54,889 nt of DNA from Octopus bimaculoides (GCF_001194135.2 NC_068989.1:76278552-76333440), one strand, 5' to 3'; shown: positions 25,013 to 37,757, counted from the stretch's first letter. The notes: generated by a model not told the origin, from the letters alone. Made by a program: numbers and translations.

Positions 25013-25463
25013 TTCGTCATGGACGTAATTTAATATGGGCTGGTCGACCTTTAAATCACGACCGAGCTTCCATAGTTGGTATTGAAGGTGACCCAGATAA
25101 ATGGGTCCTTGACAAGAAAATGACTGTTAGGCAGATAAGTTCTCCGTCGCGTATGTGGCACTTCCGGAGTTTGGCATACTCTTATTCGACGAAGTACTTA
25201 TACTGGAGTGAATCAGGACTAAAACGAATACAAGGTCTCGTTCTCGATGGATATAAGAAAGAGACAGATAACATCTTTACTGGAACATCTGCTGAAGTTG
25301 ACGGCTTAGCTGTTGACTGGATTTCGGGCAATCTCTATTGGACTGACGCTATATATAACTGGATTATGATGGTGCCGCTGCGGCCGAACCAAAAACGATT
25401 CAAGATTATAACTAAAGTAGGACTTGATAAGCCCCATGGGATTGCTGTATTACCGCAAAAAGG
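25013..25463 (+). CDS. LRP-like (YWTD beta-propeller/EGF) gene, first visible exon A (propeller 1, N-terminal blades)
   Basis: Acceptor ttatttctacAG at 25011-12, donor GTgagt at 25464. Translates RHGRNLIWAG...KYLYWSESG...VDGLAVDWISGNLYWTDAIYNWI...GLDKPHGIAVLPQKG, with YWSE and YWTD motifs. Phase 1 to 2. Confidence 0.93.
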
Positions 25464-26599
25464 GTGAGTATATTTCAATTATTTCTGATTTAGGATCATC
25501 GGATTATAAATTCACTAGATACTGCATTCAATATATGAAAAGTTCATATAATCATACACACATATATGAATGAGAATGCATGCATATGTATGTAAAAGTA
25601 TAATGATATGTGAAGAAATTTATATACAGGATTCGTCCAAAGGAAAATTCTCACTGGTGATGGACGGATCATTAATTTTGTATATAGTCTACTTCTCCCG
25701 TTTGTTTAACCTCACGTATATTTAAGATGCAGATGAATTTAAAAGAAGTGCACATTTGAAAGTGTTCCCATGCCTTGAATGTCTGGCATGGTCTGACTCG
25801 AAGAATGAAACTTTGATTGTTGAGCTCACGTTGACATGGGTGGGCATTAGGGTGTGAGCCCCAAACAAGAAAAACTCAAAATATTGTGGGATGGATAAAG
25901 ATGGCGGTTTACTGCGCTTCGAGTAGAGGTGACGTATTATGACTTAGTAGCTAGATTCGCTGTGCCCCACCTCGCTGCCATCAAACATAAGTTATTCCTA
26001 GATTGAAGTAGGAATTCTCAAAAAGGACATGTCATAAACTAGAGAGTAACGAACAAATTATTAGTAAGCAAATAATAAATAAATAAATAACTGTTGCATG
26101 GTTGGAGAGGTTCCAGTTGTGTCCGATTTGGTGTCGTAGTTATATATAATAGAAGTTTCTATGCCCTTTCGTACTGCTGGAGCAACCCATACTTTCAGTC
26201 GGTGCTGAAATCGTTATGATGTATGGTTGACAGCTGATGAAGGAAGTATCCTGCAGTGCCAACTGTATATAATACATGAGTGTGTGTCTGTGTGTGTATG
26301 TGTTTGTGTGTGTAACTGCGTATGTGTGTGCGTGTGCATAAACGATGGATAGTGTGATCTGAGGCACATTACATCAAGAAACATGACAGTGTGGTCATGC
26401 CTGGAACACCTTGAAACAAACCTGCTCATTAAGGCTGACACAAGACTAAACAGCAACAAGTACCACAATTAACCCCCCCACCACTACCACCAGCGTCAGC
26501 ACCACAAATACTACCACTATCACAACAACAACAACAGCACCAACAACATTAGTACAGTATACTATTAATAAACACTCTGGTGTTCAGATCCATAAGGCG

Positions 26600-26870
26600 C
26601 ACCTTGGGCAGTGTCTTCTACTATAGCTTCGGACCGACAGACGCTTGCTAAGTAAATTTCTTGTAAGGAAACCGTGTGGAAACTCACGCACGCGCACGCG
26701 CACACACGCGCACACACACACACACAAAGGACAGACTTCCGCACAATTTCCGTCTATCAATTTCACTCTGAAACATACGTCAACCGGAACTATAATGAAA
26801 AAGACTCTTGCCCTAATTGCATGTTGTGGGACTGAACCCAAAACCACATGGTTACCACACACCCAAAAGA
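26600..26870. mobile_element. Fold-back SINE-related element with central (CA)n
   Basis: Left arm CACCTTGGGCAGTGTCTTCTACTATAGC...GAAACCGTGTGGAA; the right arm TTCCGCACAATTTCC...ACTATAATGAAAAAGACTCTTGCCC is its diverged reverse complement. Confidence 0.65.
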
Positions 26871-27641
26871 TGTTTTGTCTGCTTGCCATGCTGAAAAAGC
26901 ACTGCAAACAAATGAAGAAGGAAAAGCAATTCTCTCGTCAGAGAGAAAAAAAAGAGAAGAAAACATTTTGATATTGTAGTTTCTACTGATTTAAATTTCT
27001 TTCAATACTCTATTTCATAAAAAGTGAGATAAATCGCAGTATATGCACTTTTAGTGCAGGACGCATCTCATATACAGGTCTCTGACAGAAGAATTTCATA
27101 CTAAATATGCCAGCATTTGGTGTAAGCGGATGCCTGTTGCGGATGAGGCGTGCAAATCACCGAAATTACGTGATACAACAGTTCTACCACTGTTGCAAGA
27201 CATTTCTAATCTGCTACAGATACCCCTGCTTATGCTCTAGGCGTCTAAACGAAAGACTTCTCAATGTGAACATTAGAGTCTTACGGTGCTCATGTGATAA
27301 CTCCACGTAAAGTTGATTATAAAGGTTATTATTCGGTAATGATACTGCCTGCATCACAATTATCTATAAACCTAGAGAGCCTTATAGATAATATAAATAG
27401 CTGGCAAAAAGAAAAGCCTCGATTAACTGAGATTACCAGGTTATTAATAAATTAAACTCCTTGTATGACAGATTATAAATCTAAAGAACTTGAAAATCAA
27501 GGGAGAAATCTCTAATACCAAGGAATTTTAATTTGAAAATTAAATACAATGCAGATAAAGAAGATCTTTATCAGAAATAGTACATTTCTAAATTTCTCAG
27601 AGAAATTTATGCAGTAGTAATACGTTGAAGAAGTGATACTA

Positions 27642-27891
27642 TTGTTTAGACCCAGGAAGCTGCACCGCTAAACATATAATAATTCACTAGAATTATCATA
27701 CGTTTACAAGAGCTTGACAGGCATCTTCGACTAGCAAATCATGCTACTCCAGAGTGATGACTAGCAAAGACTCATGTCTCTGGATGCAGGCTTAGCTGGG
27801 TGGAGGTGCTTGTCGCTCCCTTGTAAACATAAGGACACAGAAAATGTGTCAAGGCCGACAGGAAGCGGTGCAGCTTCCTAGGTCTAAACAA
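27642..27891. mobile_element. MITE-like element with 28-bp TIRs
   Basis: TTGTTTAGACCCAGGAAGCTGCACCGCT (27642-27669) / AGCGGTGCAGCTTCCTAGGTCTAAACAA (27864-27891), 1 mismatch; no clear TSD. Confidence 0.75.
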
Positions 27892-28928
27892 CAGTAGTAT
27901 TATTCCCTTCATGGGACTGTCACATTAATTTAACAGCATATAACTACTTCAAAGAAGATCTTGTTTTTAAAACCAACCAGTGAAAGCAACACACGGTTCC
28001 ATCTTTTTAGATCCCAGGAAAATATATTCTTGGGAATAGTTGGGCAGCTTGCAAAACACAGAAATGTGCATATCATATATAGAACAGAGAGAGAGAATGT
28101 ATGTGTGTGTTGACGCTGATTAAGACGAACATCAGCAACATAGCTGAGAGAAAACATTTCAGGAAAGCGTTCTGCACGTTAGAAACATATAGGATAGGAT
28201 CCCATGTATGTAATACAGTGTGTAGAACAACAAAAATTAGATGTAGAAATTACATGTTCTGTCTCCACCAGTTTAGGATCTTTTGTTATAGACATTATTA
28301 GTTTTATTCTAATGAAGAGTCTTATCCTAAAGAAATTTTAGCGGATCTCTAATGGCGACTTTTCCATTGCAATTCGTCAGTTTTCGTATCTTTCTAATTA
28401 AAGTCATTGTACTTTCTGACTATATTTGTTAATTTAACTGTATACTGGTACACTGTTCTACATATTGTTATTAAGTTCAATCAAACTTGATTGACCAGGC
28501 AAGACCCACGATCAATGGCATTTCAAAAGTGACCTTGTGTCTTTTTAAAGATGTAACCGTGACTACGCTATATATATATATGTCCACACCCTTCATCTGT
28601 CGTACACGATACTTGTTGTAAATGCTGCAGACAGCAGTGTTTCTTCCACTGCCAGAAAACAGATTTTACTCTCCCCTAAATATATACATAACACTATTTT
28701 GCTCTCTGTACGAAAAGATGATTAGCATGTTTTTTTTTTGTTCCAGTAATTTGACTGCGGTCACGCTGGAGCACCGTTTTTGGTCGAAGAAATCGACCTT
28801 AGGACTTATTCTTTGTAAGCCTAGTACTTATTCTATCGGGCTCTAATGCCGAACCGCTAAGTTACGGGTCGTAAACACACCAACATCGGTTGTGAAGTGA
28901 TGATGTTGGGAGGAAAAACAGACAGACA

Positions 28929-28975
<47 letters not shown>

Positions 28976-29060
28976 TTATACGACGGGCTTCTTTCAGTTT
29001 CCGTCTGCCAAATCCACTCACAAGGCTTTGGTTGGCCCGAGGCTATAGTAGAACACAGAT

Positions 29061-31098
29061 ACAGGGGAAACAGTCAAATCATTGATGGAGATGCTACTAA
29101 TCTAGTTTATAATTTTCCGCTTTCCACAACCACAACATTTATCCTGAGGAAACTCCAACCCTACATCCTTTGAGAATGTTGTAACTAAGTCAAGACTCTT
29201 TTTCATCTCATGCATATTCTTTGCATGAAGTTTTAAGTCATCCACAAAGAAACAGTTTGTAAATTTGATATTTTTGTTTCCTTGTGAACCAGTGAGATAT
29301 CCTTCAAACTTCCTTAACACGAATGACAAGGGTTTACAGAAAATATAAATAGCATCAGAGAGGCTGTCTCCTTGGAATATGTCTTTGCGATATTGTATTC
29401 TATCGGTGATAATACAGTCACTCGTTGTGTTTAATTTCAAGATGGTGGCCCACAATGAAGCCAGGTCAGCTATAGCTTTGATTATTCTCACTGGAACTTT
29501 AGCAAGCTGAAGGGCTTCTAGCATCCATGAGTGGGGAACAGAGTCAAAGGCTTTCTTGAAGTCTAGCCACATTGAAACTAGGTTCCTCCTATGCTTTCGC
29601 ACTGTTTTGTTGATTAACAATTGCTCAGCACTTCCCCAGACTCCCTTCTTCCCAGCTGCTTGTTCTGCTGTGATAATGTGATTGGTTTCACAATGGTCCT
29701 GGAGGAAGGGGTTTAAACATCTTCTACATTAAGTTCTGGCATGCAACTGGCGGTAGGTTTTTTCCCATGTGGGTCGTTCTGCATTTGGAGATCAATTTTA
29801 TCTCTGCCAGAGCTAACTAGTGTGGTATGCTACTGTTCCCAATGAAAGCTTGCTAGTACAGATTGATAAGGTATGGTCGGTAGAATGTTAGCTTCTTGTA
29901 CCAATATCCAACAACCAAGTCTCTTCCATCTGCTTTTCCGTCCTGGAGTTTCTAGATCACAATTGCAAGAGTTTCACAATCAATGTTGTATGTCTTGAAT
30001 GTAACACGGGAGCTATAACTTTTTCGGATTTCTTCCAGCCACAGAGCGTCTTGGTTCGATTCCTTCTCTTTACTCCAGATTTTCCTTCAGAAGGAATCTA
30101 AGTCTTCTCGTGAAGGAGCTTCCATGATGTTTATTGCTCCTCCTCTCATGTCTCTGTATACTGCTGCCTGGTTGCGGTTAATTTTTTTTGTTTATTGTTC
30201 TTCGCTTGATTATTTTCTTTTGATGTCGGAGTTTTTCACTGACAGCTTTTAGCTTCTGCTTGAGGATAATCAATTTGCAAGTGAGTGTCCTCTTTTTGCT
30301 GTCTCCAAGCATCAGTTCTATCTCCTTCTATACTTTCTGTTGGTGGGTCGTATAGTGATTTGCTTGTTTGCATGCAATAAGCATCATTACTGATTGATGG
30401 TCTTCCGTAAACCAGTTATCTTTTTCTCGGTCTTCAGAACCCATGATGGTACTTTCTTTGTTATTCCGGTTTTGTTTACTTTTTGAATATCATTCATGTA
30501 CTGTTTTACAGTAGTAGCCTGAGCATATTTTTGTTGGGACTCCGTCGCTTACGGCGTCGAGGGTTCCAGTTGATCCGATCAACGGAACAGCCTACTCGTG
30601 ACATTAACGTGCAAGTGGCTGAGCACTCCACAGACACGTGTACCCTTAACATAGTTCTCGGGGATATTCAGTGTGACAGTGTGACAAGGCTGACCCTTTG
30701 AATTACAGGCACAACAGACACAGGAAGTAAGAGTGAGAGAAAGTTGTGGTGAAAGAGTACAGCAGGGTTCACCACCATCCCCTGCCGGAGCCTCGTGGAG
30801 CTTTAATTGTTTTCGCTCAATAAACACTCACAGCGCCCGGTCTGGGAATCGAAACTGCGATTCTATGACCGCGAGTCCGCTGCCCTAACCACTGGGCCAT
30901 TGTGCCTCCAGCCTGAGCATATAGACAGGTGTTAATCTTCCAGAATGTGGGTTCATCACACTGTTGTAAATACTCATCACTAATTTCGTTAACAGCTTTT
31001 AATACCGTATCTGGTGGTGTTTTACTTACTTTGGGAGATAATACTCTCTCCTCGTAAGAGTCCTTCAAAGTCAAAGTTACAGTTACTAATTTTCTTTC
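29061..31098 (-). mobile_element. R4/Dong-like non-LTR retrotransposon fragment, split by a SINE
   Basis: WLDFKKAFDSVPHSW, IFQGDSLS, FFVDDLKLHAKN and the N-terminal VPSWVLK. The frame INTCLYAQA-TTVKQ is restored when the SINE at 30529-30909 is removed. Confidence 0.82.
30529..30909 (-). mobile_element. Family C SINE with 12-13 bp TSD
   Basis: TSD AGCCTGAGCATAT at 30516-30528 and 30910-30922. Confidence 0.93.
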
Positions 31099-31325
31099 TA
31101 TGTATGTATGGATGTATGTATGTATGTATGTATGCACGTACGGATATAACATCGGAAGTGTTTATCGTAAGACAAGTATTTCAGAAACGTTCGATTCCTC
31201 TTAAGTGTATCACTCATTAAGAAATTGTGTACATAAGAACATTCTATGTTAAGCTGTCTACCTAGTTTTAAAGACCACTCTGTTGCTATGTAATCTTACG
31301 TCGTTAATATTAGTGTAGACTCTTG

Positions 31326-31510
31326 GGCGGCGAGCTGGTAGAATCGTTAGCGAGAGTCTTCCGACGCATTACGTTTAAGGCGGCGAGTTCGCAGGTCAAC
31401 TTTGCTTTTCATCCTTTCGGAATCGTTCAGCACTGAGATGGATGTAATCAACTTATCCCCGCCCCCACCCGAAATTGCTGGCCTGATGCAAAAATTTGAA
31501 ACCGATATTA
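31326..31510 (+). mobile_element. Family B SINE
   Basis: GGCGGCGAGCTGG head, CTTTTCATCCTTTCGG body, AAATTGCTGGCC..CAAAAATTTGAAACC tail. Confidence 0.75.
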
Positions 31511-32849
31511 TTGTAGAATCCAAGTCGGTCCATTGATGAGCTACTGGAATTGGTATGAACGTCTCATAAAATGCCTCGTCGTATTTTATTTAGGTCACCT
31601 TCGGTTCTGAGTCCCAATCCCCGTAGGGTCGACGTTTTTCTCCATTTTCCCCCTAAATAACTGGCTTGTCTTCTACGACAGAAATCTATATCATATACAA
31701 ATCATTAGATTGTCGGATAATACCTTTTGTTACTTTAGCCTAATGTTACACTTTACCAAGCAAATCTATAAAGAAATGCGTTTCAACCTTGACCACTCAA
31801 TTTTTTGTATGTATATCACGGTTTATAGCATCCACTGTTTAAGTAGTCTTTTAGGGGAAATTTGGCTGATATTTCTTGCAGGCCGAACGTTTAGCTCTAG
31901 CACTTAACGCTCTGTGTATACCGTGTCAATGTTAACCTCTTTCATTCCAGTGCCGATAAAATAAAGTACCTTTCATATACTGAGGTCAATGTAGATGACT
32001 ATATCCACTCATAAAATATATAACCTGGTGCCAGTGTTACAAAGAAAGCGTTATTAATTTCAATGCTTAGTAATATTATTATATACTGTATTTTTCATCT
32101 CATGTGTCTTGGCAAAACTATATCTGTCGCATTTGTTTAGTTGGTTAAATGTTATACTCAACACTAAGGTAGGGCTGTGGCCCGTCATTCCAGACGTTCT
32201 CTTCTGTTTCTTTCTTTAGGCAGGGCCACCAACCATCGGCAGCCTACCAAACCTGTCACCACTTCACTATGTTTTTATTAGTTGAGTTGACTACAGCAAC
32301 GTCAAATGAAAAGATTTGCTCAAGAAGTCAACGCATCGCCCAATCAAAGAATCGAATCGACAATCTTCTGATCATGAATCCAACAGACTCAACCACTAAA
32401 TCACGCGCTTCGTTTGCTTTCCCGCAACTGCAATATTTATGTTTGGCAATTGTTATCTCGTGCTTATAATCAAATGATTTTCTCCTCTAAAGATTCTTTC
32501 CGTTCTATATAATAGATATAGGGTATTTTGTTTTGTAGGTCATCTATATTGGAACTTAACAAGACAGTATTACCTTCTAATGTTTACTCAACTTATTTTC
32601 ATCGTTTGCGCTTCATTTACTTCTTTGCCTGTAAGGTTAAATGAGCTAGAGACTAGACTACAGCATTCCTTGACTGATTCTTCAATGTAAGATTCTAATG
32701 TTCCTCCGCCATTCAGTTTTTAATATAGAGCTGCTTGAAGGCGGCGAGCTGGCAGAAACGTGAGCACGCCGGGCGAAATGCTTCGCGGTAATATTAGTGT
32801 TTGGGTGTCAATCTGAGGACTGTGCAATCTGAGGACATGTACTGAGAGT

Positions 32850-33082
32850 GATAAAAATCAAACATCCAGTCAACTTCAAGGTGTTTTGAGTGATCACAAG
32901 TGATGGCGACGTTATGCCACCATTCATCTTCTCACACGGCCTCAAACTCAACACGGAGGCCTACATCAAGTGACTAGAGGAGGTAGTGCTGTCCTCAGTC
33001 AAGAGGTTGGCTGCTGAAAGTGCCTATGTTTGGCAACAGGACTCTGCACCATGCCAAACAAGCAGGAGAACCCAGTCATGTA
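32850..33082 (+). mobile_element. Tc1/mariner (maT/rosa-like) transposase fragment
   Basis: KHPVNFKVF*VITSDGDVMPPFIFSHGLKLNTEAYIK*LEEVVL...YVWQQDSAPCQTSRRTQS, which includes the second catalytic Asp region QQDSAP. Confidence 0.82.
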
Positions 33083-33120
33083 GGTGTTGTCTAAACACCC
33101 TAGTCGCATTTATATGTATG

Positions 33121-33164
<44 letters not shown>

Positions 33165-33476
33165 AATGTGTTACATATATATATATGTTGTCGGAATGAC
33201 GATGATGGGTCATATTTTTACTTTCCGTCTTAATTTTGTGATCCTTCCTGTAAGTGGTTGGATATGCCGTCTTTTGAACCTGTTATTCCTTGGAAATGCA
33301 CACACACACACGCGGTGAGGGAATGTATGCACCTATATAGTATATGTGTGTATATGTATATGTATAGTATATGTATCTGTTTATTTATGCATGTATACAT
33401 ATGAATGTAAAAACGTATCATTTTAGTGAAGACATAGAGAAGATCGTTTAATCTTTCTTTTACGATCGCTACGTAA

Positions 33477-33854
33477 TTACTTCCGCCAAGGAAGAAGGTT
33501 ATGTTTTCATCGGCGTTTGTTTGTCCGTCTCTGTGCAAAATAGCTGAAAAAGTTTTGAACAGTATTTGATGAAACTTGCAGGAAATGGTGGTCATGGCAC
33601 TAGGAACAGATGATAAAATTTTGGTAGTGATCCGAGAATTTTTATAGATTCCTGAATGATTTTTCATTTGTTATATTTACTTTACATAAAGTATTACAAT
33701 GTTACGTTCTTTGATTATCTCCCTTGAAAACACGTTCATCGTTTCTACGTAACTTATGGTGGCGTTGCTGTTTCCAAAGTTTATTTTCGTTTCTCTATTA
33801 GTAATTTTACTCGCGTATCTATCTTAAAATGAGCTGCTTGGCGGAGGTCTGCGG
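33477..33854 (+). mobile_element. Helentron-associated (HINE-like) non-autonomous element
   Basis: 5' subterminal TCCGCCAAG (33482-90), TGTT/TGTC repeat, 3' CTTGGCGGA (33837-45). Confidence 0.55.
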
Positions 33855-34060
33855 AGGATGACAGTACAAGCCTTGACTATTGGGATTGATTCAAAAAGCT
33901 TAGGCTTTGCTCCCTCTACAGCCGCTGAGAGCTCCGTATCATCTGTATGATATGGAAAATATTCCATCAACATTGCCCATCTTTAAAATTCGTCCGAGGC
34001 TTGGATTTCTCTTTTTAAAAGGGCTTTTTAAAAATCATATGGCTGTGTTATTTTTTTTTT

Positions 34061-34184
34061 TTACTCTCGCCAAGGAAGTTATGTTTTTGCCGGTTTGGGA
34101 AATTGGGCAATTTTCAACATGCGTGTATATGGGTGAAAAACGAGCTGTTTGGCGGAGGTCTGCGCTCTCCGAGTGCTTTTCTAG
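34061..34184 (+). mobile_element. Short HINE-like element
   Basis: CTCGCCAA ... TTGGCGGAG, 3' stem-loop GCGCTC-TCC-GAGTGC, ending TTTTCTAG before TTTT. Confidence 0.6.
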
Positions 34185-34955
34185 TTTTGACATTGAAATG
34201 TTATATAGTGAATAGTAGATTGCGACGCAGTTGTTGATACATACGTATCGCTTTGTATTAATGACCACGTCGATTCTAATACTCATATATATGCAGAAAA
34301 GTATTTGTTTCGTTGATGTTCAGCCTTGATGTCATATCAGATATTTTGTTTAAATTTCCTGCAACTCATCCTCGTGCTGTAAAGCTATATACCCATATCA
34401 CTACATCTCTTGTTTAAACATTATCTGCTCAAAAGACAGCTGACGGTCCTGTTTTCAACTTGATAAATGACGGAATACCCCGGGTAACTGTAGTTACAAG
34501 ATTAGTACTTTTTAATTTTAAGATTAAGCTTATCACTACTTAGATATTTTTGTTAATGCTTTAGTTCAATGGTTCTTCTTAGGTCCTTTTCTCTTGCATT
34601 CCCCAAAGACAGTTTCTATCTGGGTATAATATATTTAACGCGCGATTCGTTAGTTTAACCAAGGAATTACTCCTTAGATATATACAACACACTTGAGGAC
34701 TTTAGTGGCGAGCATGATCTCACTGCTGTCTTCATAATATTTATTGTTAACCTCGCTGGTCATTGTCAAGGAGGGTACAACAATGACGAGACATGAGCTG
34801 TCAAGTTTTCTCAAGTTTTTACGTGGTAGCTTGGCATCCTCATGAATCATTTTGCGTGTAAAACTTTGTCTTAATATCAATGACAACTTTATGTTTTGTT
34901 CAATTAAAACTGGTGACAATGTTATGCTTTGTTTAATATATACATAACTAATGAC

Positions 34956-34991
<36 letters not shown>

Positions 34992-35890
34992 TATATATAA
35001 TATATATATATATATGTATATGTGTGTGTGTATGTGTGTGTGTGTATGTGTGTATACGTATATATACATATATGTGTATCTTTGTATGTATGTATGCATG
35101 TATGTATATACATATATACATACGTATACGTATGTATAAATATATATACATATACATAAATATATATATAAATATGTACATGTACACGCACACACCCATG
35201 CACACACATACACACATGCATACACAGATATATATANNNNNNNNNNNNNNNNNNNNNNNNNNNNNNNNNNNNNNNNNNNNNNNNNNNNNNNNNNNNNNNN
35301 NNNNNNNNNNNNNNNNNNNNNNNNNNNNNNNNNNNNNNNNNNNNNNNNNNNNNNNNNNNNNNNNNNNNNNNNNNNNNNNNNNNNNNNNNNNNNNNNNNNN
35401 NNNNNNNNNNNNNNNNNNNNNNNNNNNNNNNNNNNNNNNNNNNNNNNNNNNNNNNNNNNNNNNNNNNNNNNNNNNNNNNNNNNNNNNNNNNNNNNNNNNN
35501 NNNNNNNNNNNNNNNNNNNNNNNNNNNNNNNNNNNNNNNNNNNNNNNNNNNNNNNNNNNNNNNNAATCGTTTCTTCGCTCACGGACTCAATTGTAAAAAG
35601 ATCCAGTAATTGTTGATATCAATAAATTTTCATGTTCCCTAATTCTTGTATTTGATTTAGTCATTGAGCTGCGCCCATACTGGAGCAGTGCTTGGAAGGG
35701 TTTCCGTCTATGAAATCGATCCACAATACTTTTTTTTTTTTTTTCAAACTTTGGAACACATTCAAGCAAACTCTTGTATTCCGAAATCATTATGGTGACA
35801 GAAACAAAGTAACATCTGTTGTCAAGCTGTGAGACACGAACACAAGCGCACACATACACACATGCGCACATACACACATGATGCACACAT

Positions 35891-35930
<40 letters not shown>

Positions 35931-37019
35931 CATAGACCAAGACACTTATTCAAAGTGTCACGTGGTTGAACTGAACCTCAAACCATGCGAATCCGAGGTG
36001 AAGTTCCTAACCACAGTACCAGTCTGACTCCACATTCCTAGAAATATATGCGGTTCAATTTCTATATTATTTAACACATGCTTTAATACACACCCATTAC
36101 TTATATCTTACTATCTTCGGTCGCATTGTTTACAGAGACGCATTCGTATACGAAACGTTGTAACTTACAGTACTGACTCTGAGTTCTATACTAAAATCTA
36201 TAATTTATCACTTAAAAACTAAGCGTAATATATCACATAATAGGATACTAAAGAATGAAGGTAAGTTGTATTTCAAATTCTCAGTTAAATTTTGATTTCT
36301 AGTTAGGAATGTGTCCCATTGGAGCGGCATGGACATAACTGATATTTTAAAAATCAGATCTCACCCACTAAAAGCTCCATTCTTTTTTTTAATATTTTAC
36401 TTATATCAGTCATTTTGATTGTGGCCAAGCTGGAGCACCACCCTAAATGATTTTTTTGTTTTAGTCAAAGAAATCAACCCCAGGACTTATTCTTTCTAAG
36501 CTCGGTACTGTTTTTGCTGAACTGCTAAGTTACGCGGACGTAAACACATCAACATCGGTCGTCAAGTGATGGTGGGAGGACAAACACAGACACAAAGACA
36601 CACACATAAATATATACACATATGTATAGGCCTGTCATCTCTTATGCCACTGCCGTAAGGCTTCACTTCCACACACGCCAGCTTAATTTAATTCGTCCTT
36701 AGTCAAAAGACACCTGTTGTTAATGTCCTGTTATTTGAATTTGTATTTGGGTACCATTTCTCCATTTTTTACCGTCCTCGTTTTCGTATACATTCGCTGC
36801 TTTATTCCTAAGAATCTAGTGCTCTTAGCTTAGATTTTCCTTTGGGTTGGCGAGAATGGAGCAATTTCGAGTATAACCAGCCAAAATTGCAAAGAAAATC
36901 TCGAACTCGACTGATGAAAGAAAACTTCGGATGACCCATCCTTGTTTATTCTTGTTCCTTTATTGTATCATCTAACTGNNNNNNNNNNNNNNNNNNNNNN
37001 NNNNNNNNNNNNNNNNNNN

Positions 37020-37051
<32 letters not shown>

Positions 37052-37262
37052 TAATATAGGATAGCAAATTTTTGAAATTTCACTACCGGTGGTCTAGCAT
37101 TAGACAACATATTCTATATAAAATTAGTGTACATTTAAACACAAAGAGGCGACCCTTAGCAGGCAGCCTTACATGCTAGAAGGAGCAGTCAAATCATCCA
37201 AAACCACATTTAAGAGCAATTTCGAAGGGAATGAAAAATAAAAACTTTTACCTTGTTTTTTT

Positions 37263-37339
37263 ACAGCCATACCTACTAATTTCGAACACTAATTAGCAAA
37301 TAAAATAATTTTCTCGGCGAAGTTCTCATCAGTGGCTAC
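37263..37339 (-). ncRNA. Type I hammerhead ribozyme, intact catalytic core
   Basis: gtagcca-CTGATGA-gaac...gttc-GAAA-ttagtagg-TA-tggctgt. Helix I 7 bp (two GU), helix II 4 bp with G10.1-C11.1, GUA cleavage triplet. Confidence 0.82.
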
Positions 37340-37365
37340 ACCAAAACACTAACATATAATTTAGA

Positions 37366-37540
37366 GACGTGTCTCTTCATTATACATCATAATAACACGT
37401 GTCTCTTCATTATATATTATAATAACACGTGTCTCTTCATTATATATCATAATAACACGTGTCTCTTCATTATATATTATAATAACACGTGTCTCTTCAT
37501 TATATATTATAATAACACGTGTCTCTTCATTATATATTAT
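37366..37540. repeat. 30-bp minisatellite, about 6 copies
   Basis: Unit ACACGTGTCTCTTCATTATATATTATAATA. Confidence 0.95.
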
Positions 37541-37757
37541 GATTTTTCAAATTCACCGCGCAAGCGCGGTTTCAATCGGCAGTAGATGAAAAATGCCATA
37601 TTAGCTTCCGAAATTTCTAAAATCATATTCATAAATTAATACAGGATAGCAAAATTCTAGAATTTTAGCCTTACATGCTAGAAGGAGCAGGTAGGCCACT
37701 AGTACTGAAATTTCTAAAAGTTTGCTATCCTATATTGATTTATGAATATGATTTTAG

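Noticed and set aside
35566-35595. Minus-strand TGAGTCCGTGAGCGAAGAAAC resembling the classic sTRSV hammerhead helix II
   Set aside because: The CUGA part of the core is absent, helix II does not close, and the 3' side falls in an N gap.
36905-36945. CTGATGA followed by a small stem (AAG-AAAA-CTT)
   Set aside because: No GAAA box and no helix I partner.
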